Shown here: one piece after another, positions 27,589 to 37,744 of the stretch
How the letters are laid out: every line of letters starts with the position of its first letter
Position numbering within the stretch: the stretch's first letter is position 1
Source: Syntrophorhabdaceae bacterium
Lineage (GTDB): Bacteria; Desulfobacterota; Syntrophorhabdia; Syntrophorhabdales; Syntrophorhabdaceae
Assembly (NCBI GenBank): GCA_963665295.1
Contig: OY762209.1
Span: forward strand, 3,040,001-3,104,000
Direction: 5' to 3'
Length of the DNA stretch: 64,000 nucleotides
Program-made: the position numbers and the translations under genes
Notes under the pieces: generated by a model
What the model saw: the letters and a program-made list of their open reading frames with translations, nothing else
What the model was told of the DNA's origin: nothing
Databases searched by the model: none

Positions 27589-30045
27589 TCACTCGTTATC
27601 GGTTTCGGTCTCTTCTTCCTTAGTCTGCGGTCCTTCTTCGCCTGCTATCGCCACCGCGCTGATCGTCTTGTCGCCCGCCAGATCCATCAGTTTTACGCCG
27701 AGGCCGCCCCTTTTCTGGACGGGCATGTCCTTGGCGTTGAACCGGATGGTCCTGCCGGTGTCGGTGACGAGGATGATCTCACTCGTTTCCGTTACCTTCT
27801 TCAGGCCGACGACGTCGCCGTTCTTGGCCCCGCAGCGCACGTTTATGATTCCTGTACCGCCCCTGGTCTGGGTCCTGTACTCGGCGCAGGGAGACACTTT
27901 CCCGTAGCCCTTCTCTGTAACCGTAAAGACGTTGCACCCTTTGTCGGCTATTTCCGCGGATACCACCTCGTCGCTCTTTCTGAGTCTGATGGCCCTGTTG
28001 CCGTAAGCGATCCGGCCCATGGGCCGGATATCCTTCTCGTGGAAGCGTATCGACTTGCCCTTCTTTGTGGCTACCATGACCTCGTTATCGCCGTTTGTCT
28101 GAAGGATGCCCATGAGGCTGTCATCCTCGGGAAGGCTGATGACCCTGAGACCGCTGGACCTCATATGGCTGAGGGCGCTCAGGCTGATCTTCTTGACCTG
28201 TCCCCTTTTCGTTACGAGGAGGAGATACTTGTCTTCCGCGAACTCCCTCATGTGGGCGATGGCGGTGATTCTCTCGTTCTTCTCCGCGTTGATGAGATTG
28301 ATCACGGGCTTTCCCTTGGAGGAGAGGGTTGCTTCGGGAATCTGGTGGACTTTGATGCTGTAGGCCTTGCCTGCGTTCGTAAAGAATATGAAATAAGAGT
28401 GGGTGGACGCGGTATAGATCTGGTCGACGAAGTCTTCGTCCCTGACCACGATGCCTATCTTTCCTTTGCCGCCCCGTAGTTGCGCCCTGTACTGGTCAAG
28501 GGGCGTCCGCTTTATGTAGCCCTTGTAAGTGATGGTGACCACCACCTCTTCGTCCTTGATCATGTCCTCTCTCGTGATCTCCGGCACCACGTCGAGGATC
28601 TCCGTCTGTCTCTCGTCTCCATACCGGTCCCTCACCTCGATGAGTTCCCTTTTGACGAGGTCGAGGAGCAGTCTTTCTTCCCGGAGGATCTCCTGGAGTC
28701 TTGCAATCTCCCTGGAGGTGTTCTCATAATCGTCGATTATCTTCGCTTGCTCAAGGTTTGTGAGACGCTGGAGCCGCATCTCCAGGATGCTGACCGCCTG
28801 TTTCTCGGAGAAGGCAAAGCGGTCTATCAACGACACCCTTGCTTCAGCAGCATTCCTCGACTGTTTGATGAGGGCGATCACTTCGTCGATATGTTCGAGG
28901 GCTATCTTCAGGCCTTCCAGAATATGAAGTTTGTCCAGGGCTTTGTTAAGCTCGAAGATAGACCTCTTGGTCACCACCTCTTTTCTGAAAAGCACGAACT
29001 CCCTTATCATTTCCTTCAGGGTGAGGACCTTGGGTTCGTTGTTTACGATGGTAAGGAATATGATCCCGAAAGTGGTCTGGAGCTGGGTGTGTTTGTAAAG
29101 CTGGTTTAAGATGGGGAGTCCCATCTCGCCCCTTTTCAACTCGATAACCACCCGTATTCCTTCCCTGTTCGATTCATCCTTCAGGTTCGATATGCCTTCG
29201 ATCTTCTTCGTATTTACGAGCTCGACTATATTTTCGATAAGTCTTGCCTTGTTGACCTGGTAGGGTATTTCGGAGACTACGATCAGTTCCCTTCCGTCTT
29301 TCTTCTTCTCGATGGACGTTCTGGCGCGGAGAGTAATGTGACCTCTCCCTGTTTCGTAGGCTTCCCTGATGCCCTGTCTGCCGTAAATGATGGCCTGGGT
29401 GGGGAAATCAGGGCCCGTAATGTATCCCAGAAGCTCATCGAGAGAGATATCGGGATTGTCTATGGATGCGATAATGCCGTTTATCACCTCGTTCAGATTG
29501 TGGGGAGGGATATTGGTTGCCATGCCTACTGCGATGCCCGCAGATCCGTTTACGAGCAGGTTGGGGATTCTGGAAGGCATTACCACCGGTTCCGTAAGAG
29601 ACTCGTCGTAGTTCGGTCTGAACCCGACTGTCTCCTTTTCTATGTCCTTCAGTATCTCTTCCGCAATCCGTGAGAGTCTTACTTCGGTATACCTCATAGC
29701 TGCAGGCGCATCGCCGTCGATGGATCCGAAGTTGCCCTGTCCATCGACAAGGGGGTATCTCATGGAGAAATCCTGGACCATTCTCGTGATCGCATCGTAC
29801 ACGGCCTGATCCCCATGGGGGTGGAACTTACCGATAACATCGCCGACCACTCTTGCGGATTTCTTGTAGGGTTTGTCGTGGGTGTTGTTAAGCTCATACA
29901 TGGCGTACAGGATTCTCCTGTGCACGGGCTTGAGGCCGTCCCTTACGTCGGGCAGCGCCCTCCCTATGATTATGCTCATGGCATAATCCATGTACGACCG
30001 TTTCATTTCTTCTTCTATTGGTACGGTTACAACCGAGGTGTGCAT
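27589..30045 (-). CDS. gyrA: DNA gyrase subunit A
   Basis: [28 protein letters not shown], GyrA-box QLRGGKG and C-terminal pinwheel repeats. Start at ATG 30045 after GGAGG. Confidence 0.97.
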   Translation of the reverse strand: MHTSVVTVPIEEEMKRSYMDYAMSIIIGRALPDVRDGLKPVHRRILYAMYELNNTHDKPYKKSARVVGDVIGKFHPHGDQAVYDAITRMVQDFSMRYPLVDGQGNFGSIDGDAPAAMRYTEVRLSRIAEEILKDIEKETVGFRPNYDESLTEPVVMPSRIPNLLVNGSAGIAVGMATNIPPHNLNEVINGIIASIDNPDISLDELLGYITGPDFPTQAIIYGRQGIREAYETGRGHITLRARTSIEKKKDGRELIVVSEIPYQVNKARLIENIVELVNTKKIEGISNLKDESNREGIRVVIELKRGEMGLPILNQLYKHTQLQTTFGIIFLTIVNNEPKVLTLKEMIREFVLFRKEVVTKRSIFELNKALDKLHILEGLKIALEHIDEVIALIKQSRNAAEARVSLIDRFAFSEKQAVSILEMRLQRLTNLEQAKIIDDYENTSREIARLQEILREERLLLDLVKRELIEVRDRYGDERQTEILDVVPEITREDMIKDEEVVVTITYKGYIKRTPLDQYRAQLRGGKGKIGIVVRDEDFVDQIYTASTHSYFIFFTNAGKAYSIKVHQIPEATLSSKGKPVINLINAEKNERITAIAHMREFAEDKYLLLVTKRGQVKKISLSALSHMRSSGLRVISLPEDDSLMGILQTNGDNEVMVATKKGKSIRFHEKDIRPMGRIAYGNRAIRLRKSDEVVSAEIADKGCNVFTVTEKGYGKVSPCAEYRTQTRGGTGIINVRCGAKNGDVVGLKKVTETSEIILVTDTGRTIRFNAKDMPVQKRGGLGVKLMDLAGDKTISAVAIAGEEGPQTKEEETETDNE

Positions 30046-30252
30046 CCACGTCCTCCCTTGCATGCGTTTTGTCGATAATCCGGTTGCCGGCGATCAGGCC
30101 CGTGTCAAGCGAAGCACTCCGTTTTAACGGTACTCGGTGTCTCCTTCGATGTGGTCCCTGGAAGCTGATGGCCGACTTGTTCTTCGGATCTTATTGTAAC
30201 ACAAATAATAACCTGTTGACAATTGAGAAGGCATGGGAGAAAATAAATACCT

Positions 30253-30597
30253 ATGAAATGCACCGTACTCTGTCTTCTCTGTCTTGCCCTCTTGATGGGC
30301 TCCGTCTCTTGCGGGAAGGAGGCCAAGGGCCTGAAAGAGGAGATGAAGATCCTCAAGGAAGAAAACAGTTTTCTGAAGGCCGAAAACATAGTGCTCAAGA
30401 AGGAGCTCGACGAGGTTTACAAAAAACTGGAAGAGAAGGAGAAGCCGGCGGAGAGCCTCCCCAAGGTCAAGGCCGAGGTTGCCGACCCGAATAAGATCAA
30501 AGCAGCCGCGGTCAAAACGGACCCAAAGGTCAAAACAGACCCAAAGGCTAAAACGGACCCAAAGGTTAAAGAGGGCGAGAAAAAGAAGCCCCGATGA
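30253..30597 (+). CDS. Putative lipoprotein with coiled coil and KTDPK repeats
   Basis: Hydrophobic signal ending GSVS-C (imperfect lipobox), heptad-rich middle and Lys-rich tail. Overlaps the truA start (ATGA). Confidence 0.65.
   Translation: MKCTVLCLLCLALLMGSVSCGKEAKGLKEEMKILKEENSFLKAENIVLKKELDEVYKKLEEKEKPAESLPKVKAEVADPNKIKAAAVKTDPKVKTDPKAKTDPKVKEGEKKKPR
30511..30570 (+). repeat. In-frame 18-bp tandem repeat (about 3.3 copies, (V/A)KTDPK)
   Basis: gtcaaaacggacccaaag / gtcaaaacagacccaaag / gctaaaacggacccaaag / gttaaa. Confidence 0.85.
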
Positions 30598-31328
30598 GGA
30601 ATATATCTCTCCTTGTCTCCTATGACGGGACCGCGTATCACGGGTGGCAGTGCCAGCCCAACGTCGTCACCATACAGGAAACATTACAGATTGCGATCGA
30701 AAAGGTCACGAACCAGCCCGTAAAGCTCTACGGAGGGGCAAGGACCGATTCGGGTGTCCACGCCCAGGGGCAGGTAGTCAACTTCCGTTCCGGGAGCACC
30801 ATAGACGTGATGAGCCTCACCCGAGCCGTAAACAGCCTCATGCCCCGCGACATCAGGGTCCGGGAAGCCCGCGAGGTCCCCGAGGATTTCCACTCCAGGT
30901 ACTCGGCGAAGAGCAAGACCTACGTATACTGCATTCTCAATGCCTTCATCAATTCGCCCTTCTATGGGAAGTATGCGTGGCATATCCCCTATACCCTCGA
31001 TGTACGGTCCATGAATGAGACTATCGGGAGGGTGACGGGGGTTCGGGATTTCTCCGCGTTCAAGAAGAAAGATGAGACATACCGGACCACGGTGCGTCAT
31101 ATGCTTCGGGCCGGGGTGAAAAGGAGAAGGGAATTCATTTACGTTGTCCTCAAGGGAACGGGATTCCTGCGTTACATGGTACGGAACATCGTGGGGACCC
31201 TTGTCCTGGTAGGCCGGGGAAGGCTTACGGACGAGGGGTTCGGAGAGATCATGGATTCCGGGGACAGGCAAAAAGCCGGCCCCACTGCCCCGGCTCACGG
31301 TCTCTTTCTCAGGAAGATAGAATATTGA
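30594..31328 (+). CDS. truA: tRNA pseudouridine(38-40) synthase
   Basis: YDGTAYHGWQ, RTDSGVHA, FHSRYSA and GFLRYMVRNIVG. Confidence 0.96.
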   Translation: MRNISLLVSYDGTAYHGWQCQPNVVTIQETLQIAIEKVTNQPVKLYGGARTDSGVHAQGQVVNFRSGSTIDVMSLTRAVNSLMPRDIRVREAREVPEDFHSRYSAKSKTYVYCILNAFINSPFYGKYAWHIPYTLDVRSMNETIGRVTGVRDFSAFKKKDETYRTTVRHMLRAGVKRRREFIYVVLKGTGFLRYMVRNIVGTLVLVGRGRLTDEGFGEIMDSGDRQKAGPTAPAHGLFLRKIEY

Positions 31329-31347
31329 GGAGGCCGGCACAGACTCC

Positions 31348-31698
31348 GTGGCTGTTTATCTGGTTATCGACATAAAGGTTATAGACCGGGAGGTTTATTC
31401 GCGGTATAACGAGCGGGTGCGTCCCATAATGGAAAAGTACGGCGGTCGCTACCTTTCCAGGGGCGGCAAGGTTATCCCCCTGTCAGGAAGCTGGAACCCC
31501 GAAAGGATCATCCTGATCGAGTTTGCCTCTTACGAAGACGTGTACCGGTGTTTCGGTTCCGACGAGTATAAAGAGATCGCCCCTCTAAGAGAGCGCTCAA
31601 CGGTGGGCAGGGCAATCGTTGTCGAGGGCGAGGCGGATACGGAGCGGGATCGGCAGGAGCAACGAAGTATGGGAGAAACGGTGTGGTGCGATGAGTGA
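31348..31698 (+). CDS. DUF1330 family protein
   Basis: KYGGRYLSRGG, LIEF, SDEYKEI and R pattern. Confidence 0.85.
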   Translation: MAVYLVIDIKVIDREVYSRYNERVRPIMEKYGGRYLSRGGKVIPLSGSWNPERIILIEFASYEDVYRCFGSDEYKEIAPLRERSTVGRAIVVEGEADTERDRQEQRSMGETVWCDE

Positions 31699-33046
31699 GA
31701 AAGGACGTGTGTATAAGATTGTAAAGGCGGCAGCCAATTTGATGGCGGATATCCCGTTTCTTCTCGATTCCCTGTCCGGGAAGTCGACGCAGAGAGATCT
31801 CCTCAGGGGAGGGCCCTCTCCGGGTCAGGGCGGGCCCGGAGCCGATGCCATCAGAAAAGCCGAGAGTGAGTTGAAGGAAGCGGAAGGCGCATACGGTGTC
31901 GAACACCATCAGGTGCTTGGCGGGTTGGATAAAGTGGCAGGCCTTTACATGGTTGAAGCGAGGTATGCCGAGGCTGAATCGCTCTACAGGCGGAGTCTTG
32001 TCATGCTGGAAAAGGAAGGCGGAAAGGATGAGGCTGATCTGATCCCCTGCCTTCACCGTTTGGGCAGTGCGTGTCTCGAACAGGGCAAATACGCCGAGGC
32101 AGAGGTGTATTTCCTCAGGGCCCTCGACATAAGCGAGACGCAGCAGGAAAGCGCCGCGAGGGCGGCATCGCTCGAGAGGCTGGGCGTGGCCCGGACCTTT
32201 CTCGGTAAGTATGTCGAGGCGGAGCAGGTCCTCACACAGGCCCTGGAATTAGCGAAGAAGGTATCCGGCGCCAATCACCCGGATGTGGCGCAGGTGATGA
32301 GCAGCCTCGCAGGACTGTATTTCAGTCAAAGTTGGCTCGATGCGGCCATGGGCTATTACAAGAGCGCCCTTTCGATCAGAAAGAAGTCCCTGGGCACCAA
32401 TTCGCTTCCTGCCGCGGAATCCCGCTACGACGTAGGACGTGTCTATGTTGTCCGGCGTTCATTCGACAGGGCGGAGCCGCCCCTCGAACGAGCCCTGGAA
32501 ATCCAGCAAAAGCTCCTCAGCCCCGAGCACCCTTTTGTGGAGAGGACCATAGACGAGTTGGGCAGTGTCTACTACTACCTCGGCAAGTACGAAGAGGCGA
32601 GGCTCCTTTTTGAACGTTCCCTGGCCATGAAGGAGAAGAAGCTCGGGCCGGACCACCACGGCGTGGCCTTGATTCTGGGGAATGTGGGCCATGCATATTA
32701 TTACGGAAACAAGTTCGCCAAGGCGGAGGGTTTCTACAAACGCGCCCTTTCCATAGTGGAAAAGGTTATGGGGCCGGACCATCCTGAAGTGGCCTTGAGG
32801 GCGGGGAGTCTGGCGGCGGCCTGTTTTTCACAGGGAAAATACCCGGAAGCGGAAGAATTGTGCAAGCGGTCCCTCAGGATCCTGGAGGCGGCAGCGGAAC
32901 CCGACTTCGCCAATCTGGCGAATCTTTACAACCTGATCGCACAGGTATACAAGCATATGAAAAGAAAGGACGAAGCCAGACTATATGCCGATCAGGCGAA
33001 GGCTTTGCATCGGAAGCTGGAGGCGGAGATCGCACTGAGAGGGTAG
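31691..33046 (+). CDS. Tetratricopeptide-repeat protein (kinesin-light-chain-like 42-aa TPRs)
   Basis: Repeated GKYxEAE..RAL.I.EK.LG.DHP.VA units. Start set at ATG 31691. Confidence 0.88.
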   Translation: MSEKGRVYKIVKAAANLMADIPFLLDSLSGKSTQRDLLRGGPSPGQGGPGADAIRKAESELKEAEGAYGVEHHQVLGGLDKVAGLYMVEARYAEAESLYRRSLVMLEKEGGKDEADLIPCLHRLGSACLEQGKYAEAEVYFLRALDISETQQESAARAASLERLGVARTFLGKYVEAEQVLTQALELAKKVSGANHPDVAQVMSSLAGLYFSQSWLDAAMGYYKSALSIRKKSLGTNSLPAAESRYDVGRVYVVRRSFDRAEPPLERALEIQQKLLSPEHPFVERTIDELGSVYYYLGKYEEARLLFERSLAMKEKKLGPDHHGVALILGNVGHAYYYGNKFAKAEGFYKRALSIVEKVMGPDHPEVALRAGSLAAACFSQGKYPEAEELCKRSLRILEAAAEPDFANLANLYNLIAQVYKHMKRKDEARLYADQAKALHRKLEAEIALRG

Positions 33047-33088
33047 ATCGGCAGTCGTTGTCCTTGCTGGGACCGGCCGCACGGAACC

Positions 33089-35566
33089 TTAATTATATTT
33101 TTTTCGCTTTTCCTCATACATGAGCATGTCCGCTGCCGCGAGCAGGTCGTCCAGGGAAAGGGGCCTGGCCGGGTCAAAGTGGGCCATGCCCACGCTGAGA
33201 GAGAGACTGTAGGGTCTGCGGTGAGATTTATCGAGGGCGGTGAACTCGCCTTTCAGACGCGCAAGGAGTGTGGTCCCCTTTTCTACGGAGGCGTCTATGG
33301 CGAGAACCGCGAATTCGTCGCCGCCCATCCGGCCGATCAGGTCCGATTCCCGGAAGGTTGCCTTCAGAATACGCGCGGTGTCCGCGAGCGCCTTGTCTCC
33401 TTCATTGTGACCCAGGGTATCATTGATCCATTTCATATGGTCGAGGTCGGCGAAAAAGAGGAGCATGTCCTTCTTTGCTCTTTCCGCCAGCTTGAACTGC
33501 TTCTGGGCCAGGGTTATGAAGCCGCGTCTATTGTAAAGCCCCGTGAGTTCATCCATTATCGACATTGCCTCCAGCCTCTCCTCGAGCTGTTTGCGCGCCG
33601 TAATATCCCTGAAATATGCGAGAATGACAGGACCGCCGAGATATATGGTTTTTGCTGCGGAGACTTCGACGATAATGGTCTCGCCATTTTTGCGTATCCC
33701 CTTGAATTCATATTTTGAGGGGGCGGAGGTCCCGGTTTGTCTCCTGCGGTTGTATTCCATGACCATGTTCCGGTCATCCGGGTGAACCGTGAGGGCAATC
33801 GATTTTCCCACCGCATCTTCAGGCCTGTCGTAGCCGAAGATCTCCAGGAATTTCCGGTTCACGTAGATGTGCCGGCCACGGCTTACGAGGGAAACCCCGT
33901 CGTTGGAGTATTCTATGGCAGTGCGATAACGTTCTTCCGATTCGAGCAGCCTCCTTTCTGCTTCCTTGCGCTCCGTAATATCCAGTAAAGTCCCGATGAG
34001 GGCCGGTCCCCCCTCGTAGGTGGTGCGGGAACCGTGGACCTCTACGTTTCTCGTGACCCGGTCTCCCGTAAATATCCTGAATTCGAGGTTGAGGGTTTCT
34101 TCACCTCCCGATATGCGTTTCCGGACATTTTCCTCCACCGAAGGTAAATCCTGCGGATGAACCAGGTCTCTCAACCCTTTCCTGTCGATCAGTTCATCGA
34201 CAGAATAGCCGAATATCTCCGCACACCGTGAGTTGAGGTATTTGAAAACTCCGTCCTGTACCACGTAGACGCCGACCGTTGATTTTTCAACGAGGTTCCT
34301 GAACTTGCTTTCCGATTCGCGAAGGGCCTGTTCCGTCAATTCCTGCTCTGTCACGTCTATTCCCACACCGAAAAAATAGTCGGTCCCTCCGTGATCATCG
34401 AGTATCTTGCTGCTGTGCCATTCTACCGTCAGCATCCGGCCGTCCCTGGTCAGCACCCGGCTCTGGCTTACTGTGGGACCGTCCGACTCGAGGAGGTCCT
34501 GAAAAGCCCTGGAGACCATTTCCCTGTCCGGCTCGGCGACAAAAAGAGAAAGATAGTCCGTCCCGACCACTTCATCCATGGTGTAGCCGAGGGCGTGGAG
34601 CATGGACTCGTTCATAAGCCGGGTCTTGCCTCCAGGCGATAAGGCGACAAAAAACGCCGGCGAGGCCTGTATGAGACTCCTGTTGAACTCCGTCTCTTTG
34701 CGCAGACCGGCCTCGGCAAGCTTGGACTTGGTGGTATTCTCACACGTCCCTTCGTAGTAGGCTATGGCGCCGCTACTGTCACGGACCGCCCGGGCATTCA
34801 TGGAAACCCAGAGCCTGTCCCCATTTCTGGCGCGTATCTCCGCCTCGAACCCCTCCACAAAACCCTGTTTCTCGTACAACTCCTTGAGCCTCGCCCGGTC
34901 CCCGGGGTCCACGTACATCTGTTTTGCTATATCGGTGATGTGTGCCAGCAGGTCTTCCGGGCGCTCAAACCCGTACATCCTCGCGAGGGCCGGGTTAGCG
35001 CTGAGAAACCTCCCGTCCGGGGTGCTTTGAAAGATGCCCTCCACCGCGTTTTCGAAAATACTGCGATACTTTTCCTCACTTTCCCTGAGTGCTTTCTCTG
35101 TCTGCCTTTGTTCGGTAATGTCCGCGGCAAAGATGGCAAGGCTTGTGATCTCTCCTTCTTCATTAAAAACAGGGTAGCAGTAATCCTCGTAGATTCTTCC
35201 CGCCCTCACGGATTCGGAACGGATTCCCTTGCCGGTGGCGGCGACCAACTCGTAATGTTCTCTTCTGGACCGTGCGAGTTCCGGGGGGAAATGATCGTAT
35301 ATGCAGGAACCTATGAGGTCCTGTACGGTTGTCCGCAATCTTCGGGCAACTATCTCGTTTGCGAGGATGACCTTGCCGGTTGTGCCGATCAGTATCAGCG
35401 TCTCCTGGGTCGCATTGATGAGTGCCCACAGCGCTTCCTCGTTCCCGCTCGGTGTTCTTTTGCTGCCCGCGCACTTCCCCAGTGATCCTTCGAAGTCGGC
35501 GAGCCTGTGGCGAAGCCCCTCCAGTTCGCGAATCAGTTGTTGCTTTGTCTTCTTTTCATCCCTCAT
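33089..35566 (-). CDS. Multi-PAS diguanylate cyclase
   Basis: About five PAS repeats, DELTGLYNRR, RESD I-site and RMGGDEF. Start likely at ATG 35566. Confidence 0.93.
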   Translation of the reverse strand: MRDEKKTKQQLIRELEGLRHRLADFEGSLGKCAGSKRTPSGNEEALWALINATQETLILIGTTGKVILANEIVARRLRTTVQDLIGSCIYDHFPPELARSRREHYELVAATGKGIRSESVRAGRIYEDYCYPVFNEEGEITSLAIFAADITEQRQTEKALRESEEKYRSIFENAVEGIFQSTPDGRFLSANPALARMYGFERPEDLLAHITDIAKQMYVDPGDRARLKELYEKQGFVEGFEAEIRARNGDRLWVSMNARAVRDSSGAIAYYEGTCENTTKSKLAEAGLRKETEFNRSLIQASPAFFVALSPGGKTRLMNESMLHALGYTMDEVVGTDYLSLFVAEPDREMVSRAFQDLLESDGPTVSQSRVLTRDGRMLTVEWHSSKILDDHGGTDYFFGVGIDVTEQELTEQALRESESKFRNLVEKSTVGVYVVQDGVFKYLNSRCAEIFGYSVDELIDRKGLRDLVHPQDLPSVEENVRKRISGGEETLNLEFRIFTGDRVTRNVEVHGSRTTYEGGPALIGTLLDITERKEAERRLLESEERYRTAIEYSNDGVSLVSRGRHIYVNRKFLEIFGYDRPEDAVGKSIALTVHPDDRNMVMEYNRRRQTGTSAPSKYEFKGIRKNGETIIVEVSAAKTIYLGGPVILAYFRDITARKQLEERLEAMSIMDELTGLYNRRGFITLAQKQFKLAERAKKDMLLFFADLDHMKWINDTLGHNEGDKALADTARILKATFRESDLIGRMGGDEFAVLAIDASVEKGTTLLARLKGEFTALDKSHRRPYSLSLSVGMAHFDPARPLSLDDLLAAADMLMYEEKRKKYN

Positions 35567-35777
35567 GTGGAAGGCCTCGATTCTTACCGGGCTGATAGCC
35601 GTACCATATTTTAGCAGATATTGTGCTCTTTGTGGAAGAGGGTGGTGCAGCCCCATCCTGCGCGGTTACTGCTGCCAAAGGGACCATACTATGGTATAGT
35701 AGTCATATAAACAAGGCAGTAATGCCTGTGATGCCGTCCGTTTTCAAAAGCGGCATTGAAAACCTCTTGGAGTGATT

Positions 35778-36929
35778 GTGGCTCGATATAGGATAATCGC
35801 AACATCGACCTTCGGCCTTGAGTCGGTGGTCGCGCGTGAACTGAAGGCTATGGGCTATGAAGGCCTGACCGTGGACAACGGCAGGGTTTCTTTTGAAGGT
35901 GACGAGCGGGATATTGCGCGATGCAATATATGGCTCAGGACTGCGGACAGGGTCCTCATCAAGGTGGCGGAGTTCGGAGCAACGGATTTCGAGGAGTTGT
36001 TCCAGGGCACGCGGCAGGTGGAGTGGGAGGAGATGATTCCCCTCACCGGCAAGATGCACATTGTTGGAAAGTCGATAAAATCGCAACTTTTCAGTGTCAA
36101 GGACTGCCAGGCGATTGTAAAGAAGGCAGTCGTGGAAGCCATGAAGCGGAAATACCGGACGGACTGGTTCGAAGAATCGGGGCCCGTATATAAGATCGAG
36201 ATATCCATGCTCAAGGACGTGGCGACCCTTACCATAGACACGTCCGGCCCGGGACTCCACAAGAGAGGTTACAGAGAGAGGACCGGAGAGGCGCCCCTGA
36301 GAGAAACCCTGGCTGCCGCTCTTGTCATTTTGAGCCGCTGGAAGCCCGACAGGATACTGGCCGACCCTTTTTGCGGATCAGGGACCATTCCCATAGAAGC
36401 GGCCCTTATCGGCAGGGACATCGCTCCGGGTCTGAAGCGGTCCTTTGCGTCGGAAGAGTGGTCACAGATACCGAAAGAAATCTGGGACGAAATCCGTGAG
36501 GAGGCCCGGGGGAGGATTAACGATGAACCTTTCAGGATTCTCGCCTCGGACAGCGACGGGGAGGTAATAAGAAAGGCGAGGGAAAACGCGGATCGCGCGG
36601 GCGTGGCGGATTACGTGGCGTTTCAAAAATTGTCCGTGGAGGAATTCCGTTCGAGAAAAAGGTATGGTTGCATTGTCTGTAACCCTCCCTATGGGGAAAG
36701 GCTGGGAGAGGCGGCGGATGTGGAACAGATATACAGAACAATGGGCCGGGTATTTTCAGGCCTCGAGGAGTGGTCGTTTTTTGTATTGTCGGCACACCCC
36801 GGTTTTCAAAAGTTTTTCGGGAGAAGGGCGGACAAGAACAGGAAGATCTTTAACGGTGACATAAAGTGCTATTTCTATCAGTATCTGGGGCCTCTGCCGG
36901 GAAGGCGGCCGAGGGTCGATGGAGAATAA
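35778..36929 (+). CDS. THUMP-domain rRNA m2G methyltransferase (RlmL/YpsC-like)
   Basis: IDTSGPGLHKRGYR, APLRETLAA, DPFCGSGTIPIEAA and CNPPYGERL. Confidence 0.92.
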   Translation: MARYRIIATSTFGLESVVARELKAMGYEGLTVDNGRVSFEGDERDIARCNIWLRTADRVLIKVAEFGATDFEELFQGTRQVEWEEMIPLTGKMHIVGKSIKSQLFSVKDCQAIVKKAVVEAMKRKYRTDWFEESGPVYKIEISMLKDVATLTIDTSGPGLHKRGYRERTGEAPLRETLAAALVILSRWKPDRILADPFCGSGTIPIEAALIGRDIAPGLKRSFASEEWSQIPKEIWDEIREEARGRINDEPFRILASDSDGEVIRKARENADRAGVADYVAFQKLSVEEFRSRKRYGCIVCNPPYGERLGEAADVEQIYRTMGRVFSGLEEWSFFVLSAHPGFQKFFGRRADKNRKIFNGDIKCYFYQYLGPLPGRRPRVDGE

Positions 36930-37006
36930 GGAACGTCTCCCGGGGAGTATACGCCCGCGTCCGACAGGCGGTCGCTTTCTGCCGGCCCGCGCTTCGGGCC
37001 TGCGGA

Positions 37007-37654
37007 TTAGAGACTTTCCCTGGCCTTCCGAAGGGAATGTATATGGGCGAGCCTCAAGGGTTCGGGAAACTTTCCAATCGGTGTCCATTCCAGGTACTCC
37101 ACCATCATCCTCTCTATAGTGATCCCGAAACCCTGTGAAATGAAGATGGGTCTTTTCCGTCCCTTCCCCCTGACCCCGACACCCGTGATCTTGTCATCCT
37201 GGGTTATATAGGTAAAACTGGGGTCCTGGGAAGGTATTTGCCGGTAGTCTCCCTTTGCCAGTCTTCGGGCGAGCCCGATGGTCGGTATGCGGTGGGTAAA
37301 CCCGATAACCGTAGCGAGGCCATAATTGTAAGGGTGGCATACACCGTGGCCGTTCACGAAAAGAAGGTCTATTTGCTGTCCGTAAATGATCTTCGATACT
37401 ATGGGCCCTTCTTTAAGGAAGAAGAGAGAACTTACGTAAGGCCCCCTGGATATGCCCGTCTCGGTCTTTACGTCGAGCAGCTTTCCATCCCTGAATGTAA
37501 CGAGGGCGGAGAAGTACCGGTCGTCCTTGTAGGTCACATCAACCCCGGACACCACCGCCGTTTTTTTGTTTTCGTATTCCCCTTCCACCATCTTCCAGAG
37601 GGCGTATATAGGGTATATGCCGAGGTCTCCGCTCATGCGCTCCCGATACATCAT
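37007..37654 (-). CDS. nfi: Endonuclease V homologue (divergent; one catalytic Asp is Asn)
   Basis: SGVDVTY, PYVSSLFFLKEGP, FVNGHGVCHP, IPTIGLAR, PIFISQG and PEPLRLAH. Confidence 0.8.
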   Translation of the reverse strand: MMYRERMSGDLGIYPIYALWKMVEGEYENKKTAVVSGVDVTYKDDRYFSALVTFRDGKLLDVKTETGISRGPYVSSLFFLKEGPIVSKIIYGQQIDLLFVNGHGVCHPYNYGLATVIGFTHRIPTIGLARRLAKGDYRQIPSQDPSFTYITQDDKITGVGVRGKGRKRPIFISQGFGITIERMMVEYLEWTPIGKFPEPLRLAHIHSLRKARESL

Positions 37655-37744
37655 AATACAGCCGGGTTTCTTTGTATAACCTTTTCTTGCGCGACGCGTC
37701 CGGAGTGATGCTCTCCCTCGCCGCGCGGCGCGGAATCCGGGGAC

